DNA of 64,000 bases from Chrysomallon squamiferum (GCA_012295275.1 CM022672.1:35154001-35218000), one strand, 5' to 3'; shown: positions 1 to 26,754, counted from the stretch's first letter. Notes: generated by a model not told the origin, from the letters alone. Program-made: numbers and translations.

Positions 1-510
1 CTTAATTAAATAATACTTCTTTTTTTGAAACACGTATTATGGAAAAAATAATTTTGTCACGAATATATATATCACTGCCTTAAAAGTGTCATTAAAATAA
101 ATAATATTTTTGTCCATAAGCTTAAATATACATAGCAAGAATACAATACAAAAGTACCTTTTTCTCATTACACTTATAATTTCTATTTCATATACATAGT
201 AAACACAATGTAAATAAATTAGACACCATACGAGTTTGACTTTGGACTAATATGGGATAAGTTTATTTAGTTTTTAGTTTTAATTTCCATCTTGTCTCCT
301 CTACTTTTTTGTTTGAATTGGTTTCAGAATTAGTTAACCATATCAAGGCAGTTTCATAAAACGGATCATACTATTCAGTGGAAAAGTCAAATAAAATAAC
401 GATAACAATAAAGAATTAAGAAAAATAGCAACAAACGTAAATAAATAAACAAAGAAACAAATAAATACCTAAATAAGTAATAATCAAACAATTTGGGTAT
501 AACCAGATAC

Positions 511-3500
511 CTGTACAATCAACACCTTTCCATCCAGTTTCACATCCTGTTTTACATTTACCATCAGTGTGTTTACAATCTGACTGTCCGTCACAGCGTC
601 TGTCTGTACAAGACTTTGAACAGTTGAATCCGTAAGTGCCCCGTGCACAAACTGTAATAAGAAACAACTTATTAGTTACTAATCTATGACAGAATAAAAT
701 AATAGCATAAAAAATAAGATATAAGCTACAAAGGAACGTAACTGAATGAAAACATTTGACTAAATATTTAGTTTGTGTCTCTTACTTTCAGAACAGTCTG
801 TGTTTCTCCAGCCTGGCTCACAACCTCCGTCACATGTTCCAGTGTTTGAATCACACGTTGAGTTAACCAAACAGTGACGATCAGAACATCGCTTTGAACA
901 TCCAGAACCATAAGTCAATCCTCCTTTACATTCTGAAATTCAGTTTTTAATTTACATAAATAAAATAGTATAATATTAATTATTAAATTTTTGCAATTAA
1001 TGAAAAAGAAGAAGAAGAAAAAAGACAATTTTTAAAACGTTTTCTCTTTCAGGATTTGTGCATATTTCTCTTGCATGTGTTCTGTGTTTTCTTATTTAGC
1101 TTTATCAATCATGTGTTTTTCAATCGTTGTTAATACGTTGTTAGCCATTAAATGATACTGTGCTACTAACTGGTCCTATACTTCAGACACGCCAGTTTTA
1201 ATGAACTATTTTATATTTACCTCTACAGTCAATTCCTGCCCAACCAGTCAGACAACCATCATTACATTTTCCGTTTGTGTGATTACATCTGTGATCTCCT
1301 GTACAGTGTCGATCTCTACACTTTAGTGAACACTTCGGACCATAGAACCTACGCTGACAAACTGAAAAATATCAAAAATAATAAGTTAATATTTAGAGAT
1401 AATTATCTAGTGAGAATACTACATATATCCAGAATGAGCAAACAAACAAATAATAATTCTCAGTTATAAGTTGTCACCTTGAGAACAGTCAGGTTCTAAC
1501 CATCCTGGTTGACAACCTCCGATACACTGACCAGTCTTTGTGTCACACGTTGATGTGTTCAGACAATGACGTTCAGAACACTGCTTCTTACAACCAGATC
1601 CATAGGTCACTTCTTTAACACATTCTGAAAGAATACAAAAGTTATTACAAAAATTCAAATATACAAAAAAATTTTGTTCTTTCATTAAATTCGCAAACAA
1701 ATATTTTTTCTGAAAATCAATAATTTCATTAATAAACTAATGTCAAATTGAGAATGACTAATGTGCTATATCAAAAATAATTCAACTTTTTATCTATAAT
1801 AATATTTTCGTTTCAAGTTATACAGAAATAAATGAAAAATTATTTCTGGTAAACGGTTACAGAGAGAGAGAAAAAATATTTTTATTACTGTTGTTAAAAT
1901 AAATAATATTAACGTCATTTTTGTCCATAATATTAAAGTTCTAAGATGCATAGGAAGAAAACAATACAAAGGTACATTTTTCTCATTAGACGTATAATTC
2001 CTGTTTCATATACATAGTACACACAATGCAAATAACTTTGACACCATGTGCTTTTGAGTAATTACAGAATCAGTTTTTATATTGTCTAGCTATAATTTGC
2101 ATCTTGTCTCCTCTAGTTTTTTGTTTGATTTGGTTCCAGAATCAGTGAACCATTTATAGGCAGTTTCCTATAACAGATTATACTATTCGACGAAAAAAAA
2201 CAACCCAAAACAACAACAAACAAAGAAACAAAAAACAATGCAAAAAAAATAACAACAAACAAAACACTACAACAATAAATAACACAAAATAAAATAAATC
2301 AACACTAGTAAATAAATAAATCAATAAATAAATAAATAAATAAATAAATCAATAAATAAATAGACAAACAATTAAATACCTAAATAAGGACAAATCAAAC
2401 ATTTTGGATATAAATATATACCTGTGCAATCAAAACCTTTGCATCCAGTTCTACATCCTGTTTTACATTTACCATCAGTATGTTTACAATCTGACTGTCC
2501 GTCACAGTGTCTGTCTGTACAATACTTTGAACAGTTGAATCCGTAAGTGCCCCGTAGACAAATGTCTTCTGTTATTGAGCCTTAACAATTATTTCATTAT
2601 CTCGAAACGATGTGTTTATTAAATATGTTTAGCCATTAAATCATACTGTAGTACTGACACGTCCTATACTTCAGTCATGTCAGCTTTAACTGATTCTTTT
2701 ATATTTACCTCTACAATCACTTCCTGCCCAGCCAGACAGACAACCATCATTACATTTTCCGTTTGTGTGATTACATCTTTGATCTCCTGTACAGTGTCGA
2801 TCTCGACACTTTAGTGAACACTTCGGACCATAGAACCCCCACTGACAAGCTGAAAAATATCAAAAATAATAAGTTAATATTTAGGAATGATTAGCTAGGA
2901 ATAAATACTACATATATCCAGAATGAACAAACAAACAAATAATAATTTTGAGTTTTTAGTTTTCACCTTGAGAACAGTCAGGTTCTAACCATCCTGGTTG
3001 ACAACCTCCGATACACTGACCAGTCTTTGTGTCACACGTTGATGTGTTCAGACAATGACGTTCAGAACACTGCTTCTTACAACCAGATCCATAGGTCACT
3101 TCTTTAACGCATTCTGAAATATACAAAATTAATTGCATGCTATTGTTTTATTAAATTTATAACAATCTTTTTCTCTGAAAATCAATAATTACATTAACAA
3201 ACTAATACCAAGTTAAGAATGACTAATGTGCTATATCAATAATAATTCGACTTTTTATCTATAATTATATTTTAGTTTCAAGTTATAAAGAAATAAAGGA
3301 ATAATTGTTTCTTGTAACCGGTTACAGAGAGAGAGAAACAAGATTTTATAACTATGGAAAAAGGAGTTTTCATGTTAATTATTTGCAAAGTCGACCTTAT
3401 TTTATTTTATGTAATAATGATATTATTATATTTGTTAATCTGGACTGATATACACTTAGTAGAACTAATAGATAATTAGGCCTGACTGAAATATATTTAT

Positions 3501-6500
3501 GAATTCATGGATAATAAGATACCTTGACTGCAGTCTCTTTCTTTCCAGCCTTGTTGACATCCACTAACACCACAGTCTCCGTACTTTTTATCACAGGCTG
3601 CATACTGAGAAGCACAGTGACGATCTTTGCAACTTTTGTTACAATTATAACCATAAGTTACATAGTACGTACATGCTGAAACAGAAATAATGCTAACATA
3701 AAGTCAGTATTAAAATAAATGATAGCTTTTTGTTAGAGATATTTACAAACTGATATTCATTTTTCATACTTACATCATCTCATAGATATCATAATAATAA
3801 TAAAAGTAGTATTTTTTTCAGAAATATCGATTATCTAAGATATCTATTTTCGATATACGTTAACTAACGAATCCCTTCCCGGCTATACCCTACTAAAACT
3901 ATAACAGGTTGTCCGAGTTCCCGTTTAAAATATTAAAATGGAGCAGATTCAAAGATTGAAAAGATATATTAAACTATTCATCTGTGAATATTATTATTAA
4001 ATTAGAATATGTTCTCCATACCAGCTGTCATACTTCTATTTTTATTTCCACTCATTAATTACATCAGTCCAATTTTTGTTCTTAGATAAATAAATATAAA
4101 ATTAATTATGACGGTACTTTGTATACAGTCAGTTCCTTTCCATCCTGCCTCACATTTCCTGGTACCACAGTCTCCAGTTTTTACATCACAGGACGGATTT
4201 GTTGCAGCACAATGGCGATATCTGCAACCTTTATTACAGTTTGGTCCATAGTTGTAATTTTTTTTAAAAAACAAAACAAACAGGCTATAAAAAAAAAAAA
4301 TAATAATAATAATAATAGTAATAAAAAAAATATATTAATAAAAAAATGAAATAAAGAAACAATAGTTATCTGCGTGATCAAGAAAAACAATTGTAAGCCA
4401 CAATGAAAACAAAGAGGGGTAGGTGCTCTTACTAATATTTGTAGTTGCATTAATATATTTAATTGTACTAACCAACAAATAGTTCAGAAAAAGGCTGATC
4501 AAGAAAAAACTATTTGGTACTCACCTTGAGTACAATCAGTTCCACTCCAACCAGCTTGACATCCTCCAGTACAAGACCCAGTCTGTGTGTCACAGGGAGA
4601 GGAAACAGCACAGTGTCGTTTATTACATGACTTGTCACAGTTAGAACCATACAAACCAGTCTGACATACTGAAAAATATTTACACTCTCTTTAAAACAGT
4701 GACTTGTCACAGTTAGAACCATACACACCAGTCTGACATACTGAAAAATATTTACACCCTCTTTAAAACAGTGACTTGTCACAGTTAGAACCATACACAC
4801 CAGTCTGACATACTGAAAAATATTAACACTTTCTTTAAACAGTGACTTGTCACAGTTAGAACCATTCTTTATATTTTTTACACTCTGACTTTAAAACATT
4901 TACTTTTTTTAAAACAGTGACTTTTGAAAGAAGAGTAAAGAAGGTATGTGAATACTATTTTTGTTTCTAAATATGAAATTGGCTGATTAATCATAACATA
5001 ATTTCTTTTTTATGTAAGACGTATTTGGTCTTTAAGAATATGTATATCATGAAGCAATATTATTAAGATGCCATTTAAATTTCTCCTTCACTCGATTATT
5101 AATTGTAAATATATTTATATTTACTGATATCGCCAGAAGTATTTAGAATCATTTGTGTCCATATTACAATAGGACATGACAAACACAACACATAATAAAA
5201 AAGACAAGATGCAAAGATCAAATAATTATAGGTTAAGATATTGATACCAAATATTGAAGAGATTTGAAATCATAACAAAATTATTAATACATTTTATTCC
5301 GTAAATAGATGCCAAATGGTCACATCTAAAATGTTTTGTTACCTGAACAGTCATCTCCAGTCCAGCCTGTCTGACATTGTCCACTACATGATCCAGTGTC
5401 TGTAGGACAGCTCTGTTGAGAATTCAAACAGTGACGATTTTTACAATTCTTGTTACAGTTAGTACCATAAGTTGTACCTGACTGACACACTGAAAGCGTC
5501 GAAGAAATAGAATAAATATGGTTTTGTTACAAATGTATTTCTGTAGTTATTTCTTTTTTAAACTAGATTAATACAAATGACAAGAAATAAAGACTGACAG
5601 AAAATAAAGTATCATTATATCGCACTACTTTACTTTATCTTGCAAATTTGTATTATCTTTATAAACATTGAGAAAAATATCAATAAAGCAAAGACAACAA
5701 CAACAACAAAAAGAGAAGTGTTTAAAATAACTTTGACATTGCAGAGAATATTATTAAAAATTCACATAATAAATAATAAATATTGTGTTTACAGTCTAGA
5801 CATGAATGATTCAAACTAATATTTTATATCACAGCTTTTAAGCTGATATTGACTAAAAATAATAAAAGTAATGTGTATGAGTCAAAAATATAAACTGACT
5901 GATCAACACTCAACTGATGTACAGAATAACAACAGACAATTAGCCAGGTACATTTTTGTGTTTTTATATCTCTCCTCGCTCCTCCCCCACCCAAATTAGA
6001 ATTACATAGACATTTTAAAGCTTTTGTTGTTGTTGTTGTTTATTTCATTTTATTGATATATACATATATATATATGTCTTCTATGAATTTTACTAAAATA
6101 TTTAATTACCTGTACAATCCATTCCATCCCAGCCTGATTTGCAGTATCCATTACATGATCCAGTGTCTGTAGGACAGCTTTGTTGAGAATTCAAACAGTG
6201 ACGATCTTTACACCGTTTGCTACAGTTAGTACCATAAGTTACACCTGACTGACACGTAACTAAAACAAAAAATGAAGTAAGCAAATACGAGTAAAGAAGA
6301 TTTGTGAATTTACAATATACATAACACGAAACAACGTTTTTAATGATGCAAACATTAATTTTATGCAATTATATATATATGATTTCTGCTAAGCTGTTTA
6401 ATTACCTGTACAATCTATTCCATCCCAGCCTGTCTGACATTGTCCACTACATGATCCAGTGTCTGTAGGACAGCTTTGTTGAGAATTCAAGCAGTGACGA

Positions 6501-6826
6501 TCTCTACACAGTTTGTTACAGTTAGTACCATAAGTTGTACTTGATTGACACATTACTAAAACATAAATAAAGTAAGCAAGTAAGTCATTTGTCTTTTCAA
6601 ATTGTATCCCTTCATTTATATATCTGTTTGATTCGCATTTTGAATTATAGCGAAGAAAATAAATGTAATTCTTAAAAACAACGTTACATTCAGTACAGTT
6701 CTTTAATGTTAAAAACTAACCAGACCTTCCACCTCAAAAAAAAAAAAATAATAATAATGTTTTTTAGAAATGTTCTCCTAAAATGAAATACATTTCCACA
6801 TCTGTGTGTTTGGTTGTAAATATATG

Positions 6827-6879
<53 letters not shown>

Positions 6880-7489
6880 GTAGGAAATTATGAGAAAAGT
6901 AATAAAGTAAATAAAATAAATAAATGTGTTACTTCATTTATTTAAATAATAATAATAATAATTTAAAAACACTCAAAAGTACTGATAAATGGACTAATGA
7001 CTACTTCTCTTTATTGCATGAGATATATTTTACATTCTTGGATATTCGGTCTGTACAGTTCAATTACCCCTAAAGCCCTCTCGAAAAAAAAAAATCATTT
7101 TTGTATAAGTTCTCACTCTGTAGTTATGATTAAGTTACCTGTACAATCAATTCCACTCCATCCAGCCTGACATCCTCCATTACAAGAACCTGTGTAAGCA
7201 GGACACGAATCAAACTGACAATGTCGACTGTTACACTGTTTGTTACACTCAGAACCGTAAAATCCTGTTGGACACTGATGACTGCTACAAAGTGTGTCAC
7301 AGTCAGAACCGCAGTAGCCTGTTTGACACACTGAAAAATGTAAACAGTACTAAAAAATACAGTCCGATTATATACTTGTGGTAGAGAAGAAAGAAACACT
7401 ATATATCAGATATATCGATCAATTAAATAAAATTATGAAGAGGCAACCAAAAAATTAAAATAAAATAAAACAAATAAATACATTAATTA

Positions 7490-7539
<50 letters not shown>

Positions 7540-10500
7540 AATAAATAAATAAATAATAAAAGGAAAAGTAAAGAAATATATTACTTGAAGTGTTTTAAGG
7601 TCGAGGATTTGTATAAATTATCTTTTTAAAACTATGTTTGTTACGGTAACTTCCACTTTGTTACACATCACATTTATTGGAACATACGTCTCTGCTGAAT
7701 GAAATGGTAATCCTACGCCTTCTACCTAGCATGCAATAATTATCTCTTCTTCCCAGTTGTTACACACTGAATATTTAAGAAAATATTTGCTAACAGTTAA
7801 GACAGACAAACACAAATATATATTCACATCCATTCTTTATGATTTCAGTCTCACAGCAAAAGAACAATATGAATTATTCTATCACATTTAGTATATATGA
7901 ATGGCTAATGTAGTATATATTGCAGTATTACATCACATATCAGTATATAAATGTTTTCAATCGGTGACTGTTTCAGTAATATTATAGTTAGTCCCTGAGT
8001 TGACAATTAGGTGTGTAACAAATGGGAGACAACCTTAGTTCCATCATAATGAAATATGATTTAAGCACTGTTCAGTCTTTATTTTAATTATCTTATAATG
8101 AAAAAGTCGTTATCATTTGATAAAAAAAAGAAATTTTAATGGAAATACTTTTAATCCCCAAAATTCAAATATATGTAAGATATATAATAAAGCACAATAA
8201 TTATGTCAGAATAAATTAAAATTACAATCAAAAATATAAAATAATATTTTGTGAACTGATACTAGCCATCTCAACATTGTTCTAAATTAAATGATTATTT
8301 GTCCCTGTTTTTTCTGAATTAGTAAATATAATAGTGTCTTGTATGTTTTAAATTTCAACTGAGCTCCTGCAATTGCAATAATCAATATAGTAGTAATTAT
8401 TACTAATGACAAAATTACCGTAGACTTTCACTTCTACAAAATCCAGTGCTGTTGACTGTCTATTATATGTTCCTTGATAAACAGTCACATATCTAGCGTT
8501 GACGTTACAATTGATGCTCACAATTATAGGAATATCAGTTCCATCTTTTCTACCAGTAACAGTACCACACAGATGTCCTGTGTTAGACTGTCTCGCTGCT
8601 GTGTTAGCATAAACCTGTACACCATTTCTTCTCCATTTATCTAAATTAGATACAATTCAGTGTTAAAAGTACATAGAAGTTTGAATCAGTACGAGAACTA
8701 GGACTACCATCACACCAAGCAATGAAACACAATTTATTTCATACTATTATCAATAAATTCATATAATATTAGTAAAAGAAATAATGAAACAAAAAATACA
8801 GCAGTCAAGAACGTCCATAGAAATAAATATTAAACCCCCTCCCAAAAAAAAGTCAAAAAGAAGTACACCAAAAATAAAAATAAAATAAATACATAAATAA
8901 GTAAATAAAAAATAAATAAATAAATAAATAAAAATAAAAAGATAATAATAATAACAATAATCAAACAAGAATATGCATTTACATATATTCTGTTATTCAC
9001 CAATTTCGCCAGGAGAAAATTTCTACCCGTGACATTACTAGAAATAAGAAAAGTAACACTTTACTCTGTTCTTTTCCAGTTTCAACTTCAGACATTCTAA
9101 ATTATCTCAGGATTGGCTTTTTTGAGCAACCTCAACAAAATAGCAAACTCAAATTGCACATTTTATCTAAATCATTATATCTTTCTATAACTAAAGATTC
9201 TTTAAATACAGTGAGTAAATGATTTGGTAAAAGTAAATAAATAAATAAATATACAAATAAATAAATAAAAACATCTAAAGACAAAAGAGTTTCATGAAAC
9301 AAATTTTAGAATAATTTTAATGAATAAAGTCCATGTTTATAAACTTGTTTAAACAGAAGTTTTCATACATCCTTGGACACTGTTCATCACAATACTGTGA
9401 TCTTACTAAACTGTTATTACTACAACTGATATACTCTGTCTAGAATGTAACTGTGGAAACATGATCTTAAGCTACTATTTTCTGATAAAATATGGATTCG
9501 TGGATTTTGTAAAAAAAAAAGAAAAAAAGAAGAAGCAACACCATTGACACCAATAAATCAATAATGCTGTAATGGAAACATTATAAACACAAACTTTAGC
9601 AAATTTAATAATAGGTAAAATGCAGAAATAATTGTACAACAACAGCAACAACGACAACAAAAAGGAAACAACATCAAATATTGACGTCCATCTCCGTCAC
9701 AAGGTAAAATTAAGACACAAAAATATTTGTTATAATTAATGTTACATCTTGTATATTCATATTTAATTTTCATACTTACTTTTATATCTGAAATATATTT
9801 TAACTTCATGGATAAAGTAAGTTTTTTCTAAATCTACTTCCCACCACGTGTAAGGCTGGTTTGTATCTGTGTGTATAACTCCTCGCCACGTTCCACTGGT
9901 TTTTCCATCAACGCCTCTTGAAGCAAGATGTTCATAACCAGGCAAATAAGAATTTTGATATGCATTTTTGTTCTGAGCTACGTTTACTGAAAAATATTGC
10001 ATATGTAAATGAATGAATGAATGAATGAATGAATGAATAAATGAGTAAAGTAAATTATTACTTCTGTAGCAGAAACAAATATATGTATCTACAAATAAGT
10101 ATTTTACAAACATTTTCTTACAATCATACATTTACAAAATAAATATCTATAAACCCTTTTGGAGATTTTGTTATTGAAATTATAACAATGAACATTTTAA
10201 GTAATAAATACAAAGAATATTAATACATATAATCACTTATAAATATATTAAATGGTAATATAACTGTCAGACTATACTGACAGCCTTGTGGCAGTAGTAC
10301 AGTGCACGATAACTCAACAAGATGTTTTACTATCTTCCACACACACGTTCTGTTTTTTCTAATATTTTTCGCATTTCTATATAAGGCTTCGCAATTTATT
10401 TTAATTGAAATTAAACACAAAAGAAAAATGAAAGATGAAATGCTTGTTTGATACAGCTGATGTATCACTCGCAATAATGAGAAATGAAGCAATCGATAGT

Positions 10501-13208
10501 CCTAATTGTAAATTAAATAACAAGATAGAAAAGAAAAATCTCCAAGTAGCAGCAAATACGCTTTATATTAACAATGAACAAGGAAATATAATTATGATCA
10601 CTTGTTCGACCTTGTGAACTTAACGCTTAATTTAACACCTATGACAAAGATCAAAAGAAGATAGATTGGAATAAATCCAACAGTGAACACATACAAACCT
10701 TTTTTTCTCGTTCATATTAATTTCTTTAACATTTATTTCCGTGATTCGTGAGTAGAAAGAGAAAACATGTTCAAGTAGCAGCCATCAAGGAAGTAAAATT
10801 AATCTGCTGTACTTCGTATATAAAATATGCGCTCGCATATAAAATGTTGTTTTGTAATAAAGCCCCACAAGTCCATCGATCAAACACGAAATAAATAAAT
10901 AAAACCAGGTATCTGATCAACTGTGTAATATTCAAAATATGTCCACGATGTTTTACACGTCTCATAAAACACTCAATGATTTGTAGCATATTTCAGGACA
11001 AAATGTAAGCGATTTGTTTCTTAATTCTTGTTGAACTTTGACAGTTGAAATGACAAACATCTCAGTGGTTATGACTGTATTTGTGTATCATAATTAATAT
11101 TATTTTTTCTACCAGTGACAGCGCTGATGTAGTTTTTACAGCTACTCGTCTCTACATGTATGTGAATAATTTACTGACGACAGCCAATCACACAAACATA
11201 ACAAACTGTGACCTAACTTGAGTGAAATGACACAAATCTTCTGCTACAGGAAAACTACAATTAATATTAAAGGAAGTATGTGTAGTGCTATGTTTGTATG
11301 CGCTGTAATCATCATCTAAACAGTTTATAGTTGACAAATAAATATTCAAAATTGATGTTCATTCTGAGAAAAACAGAATACAAGTATTTGCTAATAAAGT
11401 ATGTTTATATTATCAATGTGCTGTCCAAATAAGTTAAATAAGGACGAGTCATTAATATACTGCTTAAAATATTTCTCTGTTTTGCATTTTATATTTTATT
11501 TTATATTTTTTTATCGTAGTTTTTGTTTTTAATTAAAACAAATTTATTTATTTATTTATTTATTTAATATATGCAGTGAAATTAATTAATGTATTTAAAC
11601 TTCTTTAATAGATGGTTTTTTTTTTGATGGTTTTGAAAATGCTGTATAATAAAGAGCAGATTTACATTAATGACGACTTAGTTATATTTTAGAAAAATGA
11701 ATGAATGGTTATTATTAACAATCAATATTTATAAGTTAATTAATTAATATATTAATTATTATTCATAATCATCACTAGCAAACGTGTGATAAACCAGTTT
11801 CTTTGATTACATATATATCTATACATACACAAAACAACAAAAACAATACAACCAAAGCTCGGCTTGTTTAGATTCAAATGGTTCTCATATCTACTGAAAC
11901 TTTACATCTTTATGGTACACGATCTTTTTTTATTTTTGTATTTACTTGTTTACCTTACACTTATCACTACCAATAACAGTTTAACTACAACAACACCAAG
12001 GACCCCAACGAAAAGAGCAATAATGATAATGTTAATATCAGAGGAAGAAAAATAAATCTTCTTTGCAAAATTCGTTTTAGAATGTTTATTTTTATCACCA
12101 TAATTTAAAATTAGATTTAAAATATAATAATTAACATTAAGACTTAATCAGATAACAAACTCAAAAAGAAAACATATCCACGTTGCAGGCATTAACCTGT
12201 GTAAAAAATAAGGAAGTAAAATTATTTTAAAATATTTTGTAAAATGATAAAGAAAAAACATCATATGTCTGATTTGTTAACAATACACAAACACACTTCA
12301 AAGAGAGACGTAAAATTATCTTTCTGTGCTTTGTAAAATAATAAAAACATTATCAGTCTGATTTGTGAACAAAACACTAACACACTTTAAGATGAAGACT
12401 CAGTTTGTCTTTAGTTTTATTAAAATCTGTGGTGAAAACGCGACATATATGACTGAATGTTTGTGTGTATCTAGACGCGTTTGTGTGAGTCAACTGGTCT
12501 GTCTATCTGTTAATGTTCCGTTTGTATTTCCGTTCGTGTCCTTCCTTTTCAGAAATGTGTGTTTACATCTGGGTCAAAGAACACGGATGTTCAAACAGCA
12601 AAAGAAAAATACATTTACATATACATGAAATGAAGCGAAGAAGTCATAGATTCGCACACTGAGCTAGACATGTTTAATATCTCTATAATATAAATCTTTC
12701 TTTTACTTCTATGACCTTCGAATCGTGTTGTTAATGGTATTATTAGTAGTAAAGAAACTGTAATAATTATTGTAGTTTTTGTTTTCTCCAGTTGATCTGG
12801 AATCCAGCTGACCGTCTCAGTGTTCACGAATACTTGTATAAACGATGCAGTGCTTATGATGGTCTTATTGCTGTTAATGCTAATTATTATTATTGTATTT
12901 AGTGTAGAAGTGTTTCTTGAATAGCTTAATAACAAAAGCCAATCATATCAACTAAAATTGATTTCTTACTAGATTTAATAAAAAAAAATAAAAAAAAATA
13001 TTAAAATTAAAATAAGTATATTACTATGTGTACTAGCTATAATGAAGATGTAAAAAATTCACAGCTTATACAGAAATATTAAATAATGATGTTTATGTTC
13101 TGTCACTCAATATAAGTATTTGTTAGCAAAGTATATTTTTGTCGTAAAGGGAAATGTCTTTAATGATAGTTGTATTTTAGTGTGCTGTCCAAGTAAGTTA
13201 CATAATTA

Positions 13209-13263
<55 letters not shown>

Positions 13264-14094
13264 CGCGCGCGTGTGTGTTTGTGTGCACATATATCTTTAT
13301 ATATATATATATATATAAACATATATATATGCACACATAGATAGATAGATAGAAAGATTGGTGGATTGATATAAGGACTGATAGACAGAGAGAGACAGAG
13401 AAAGAGATTGATAGTTAGATATTAAAGTGTATCTTTCTTGTGTTCCCTTCATGTTTAATATAAGCAACATAATATATATTGTAAAATTGCGAAAATATAT
13501 TCTTAAGTAATCTTAGCAAATACATGACTGAAAAGACGTCAATAAAAATGAATTAATAAATAATGAACTTCAGCATTAGATTAATATCATTTAATACGTA
13601 AAAAAAAAAAAAAAAATATTTACATTACAAGAAAACAACGACAACAGTAATAAAAAACAAAATAAGACGAAGAATAACAACAACAAAAATAGCAAAACAC
13701 ACAACGTAGAAGAAAAAAGAAAAACAAATCCAAGCTTTATATATCACTTTTCTCAAATATATATTCGTGTTTAATAAAACGTAACGTTCGTGGTACAAAT
13801 TTATCTAATTCTCTGAATCATGTCCATTGCCATAAACAGCTGCAACATCGTCAACAATAACGACAACAATAACAAAAACAATAATAGTAATAACAGAGGA
13901 AAAAAAAATCTTTTTTGCAGCCTTCTTAAAATATTTATCAGTAAATTAAATTAAAAGTAATAATTATTCGTTTGTCCTCTACATTTTTCACAAACACAAA
14001 TATTTTGTGACTTACCATAACCGGCTGTTGTCTTTCCTGACTGCAAAATCAAACAACAAACTAGAAACTGAAGGCTTATCCAGCACCCAGCCAT
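511..14094 (-). CDS. Gene 1 (3'-incomplete): signal peptide + F-type lectin domain + at least 14 MEGF10/Draper-like EGF exons; TM and tail lie beyond the left edge
   Basis: Exons read by eye with GT-AG and phase-1 junctions: 14016-14094 ([26 protein letters not shown]), 9780-9986 and 8419-8640 ([51 protein letters not shown]), EGF exons 7139-7330, 6406-6555, 6110-6259, 5343-5489, 4525-4668, 4118-4284 (frameshifted), 3523-3675, 2967-3113, 2709-2849, 2422-~2565 (altered acceptor), 1478-1624, 1221-1361, 786-932, 511-651. Positions 1-400 match the gene 2 intron at ~17279-17680. Confidence 0.85.
4629..4925. repeat. 72-bp tandem repeat spanning an EGF exon acceptor (gene 1, ~3-4 copies)
   Basis: GACTTGTCACAGTTAGAACCATACACACCAGTCTGACATACTGAAAAATATTTACACTCTCTTTAAAACAGT at 4629, 4701, 4773 and a partial copy at ~4844. 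Confidence 0.92.
8419..9986 (-). CDS. F-type lectin (fucolectin/FTP, galactose-binding-like fold) domain exons of gene 1
   Basis: 207-nt and 222-nt exons. Hallmarks: N-x-A-x-x-K-x-A-x-Q, GVDG (Ca site), HT...[16 protein letters not shown]-x-F-x-EV-x-VYG. Confidence 0.85.
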
Positions 14095-14517
14095 AGTGAA
14101 AATGTTTCGTAGACAAACAAACAAGGATATCTAATCAGACGTATATAAGACAGATAATAGTCAATCCTAAATGCATACATATGTGTGCAGTGCATATGCT
14201 GATAAATAGCTGTAGTCTAGCATACGTATGAATACTGACATTGTAATAGGAAGCGATTACTCATCAGCAGACACACTCCAGTAGCTCGTTTCATACATTT
14301 ATCCAGTTATGCCTGTCCTAGATGCACGTTGTGAATGATATTAGGTACTGACGTCTTAAATTCAAACGTTTGTCTCGTTATAGAAGAGTCAACTGATCTG
14401 TTTTCACTACACTCGACCTAGTCCTCTGTTATGTCTGAAAGAAAACTTACGTCGAAGTAAAAGATTGTGTATCATTGTGCTGTTTGTTTCATATACCTTG
14501 GTGTATTAATAATATCT

Positions 14518-26196
<11,679 letters not shown>

Positions 26197-26754
26197 AGTG
26201 AAAATGTTTCGTAGATAAACAAACCAGGAAGTAAAACTGCGAGTTCAGACATGACTCTTGTTATGACTCAACCAATGATAAAAGTTGAAAACACCATGTA
26301 ATGTATTCTAGTACAAAGTTCATACGGTTTGAAAAATGGAGAGTGTTTCTGTTAAACTGAACACACTAAGGTTAAATTTGGATCTAGGAATACGTGTTTT
26401 ACCTGCTGTAATTAGGTCACAACTGACAGAAATCTTTTCACATACATTATCTTATCAGACCAGTGTCGCAATATCCCTGTATTGTCAACTGTGATGTTTG
26501 TAACTGTGCGTGTGAGTGGGTATGTGTATACATCACAGAATAATGCTGAATTTATCTAATAATGAAAGAAAAAGCTTAACTCTTTGTTTGACCTAGAGCG
26601 ACTGAATCAAAATACTGCAATGTCGTCACTGTTCTTGCGATAAAACAGATAATAATAATAAGAATTATAGTATTTAATGTAATGTAAAAGTTGTATTAAT
26701 ACACAAAGGTAAATGAAAAGAACGCCACAATCATACATAATCTTTTACTTCGCC

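Noticed and set aside
9355-9470. Possible decayed EGF exon between the two lectin exons (also ~22960-23065, ~53685-53790)
   Set aside because: Only scattered Cys codons and no consistent frame or donor; explained by shared intron ancestry.
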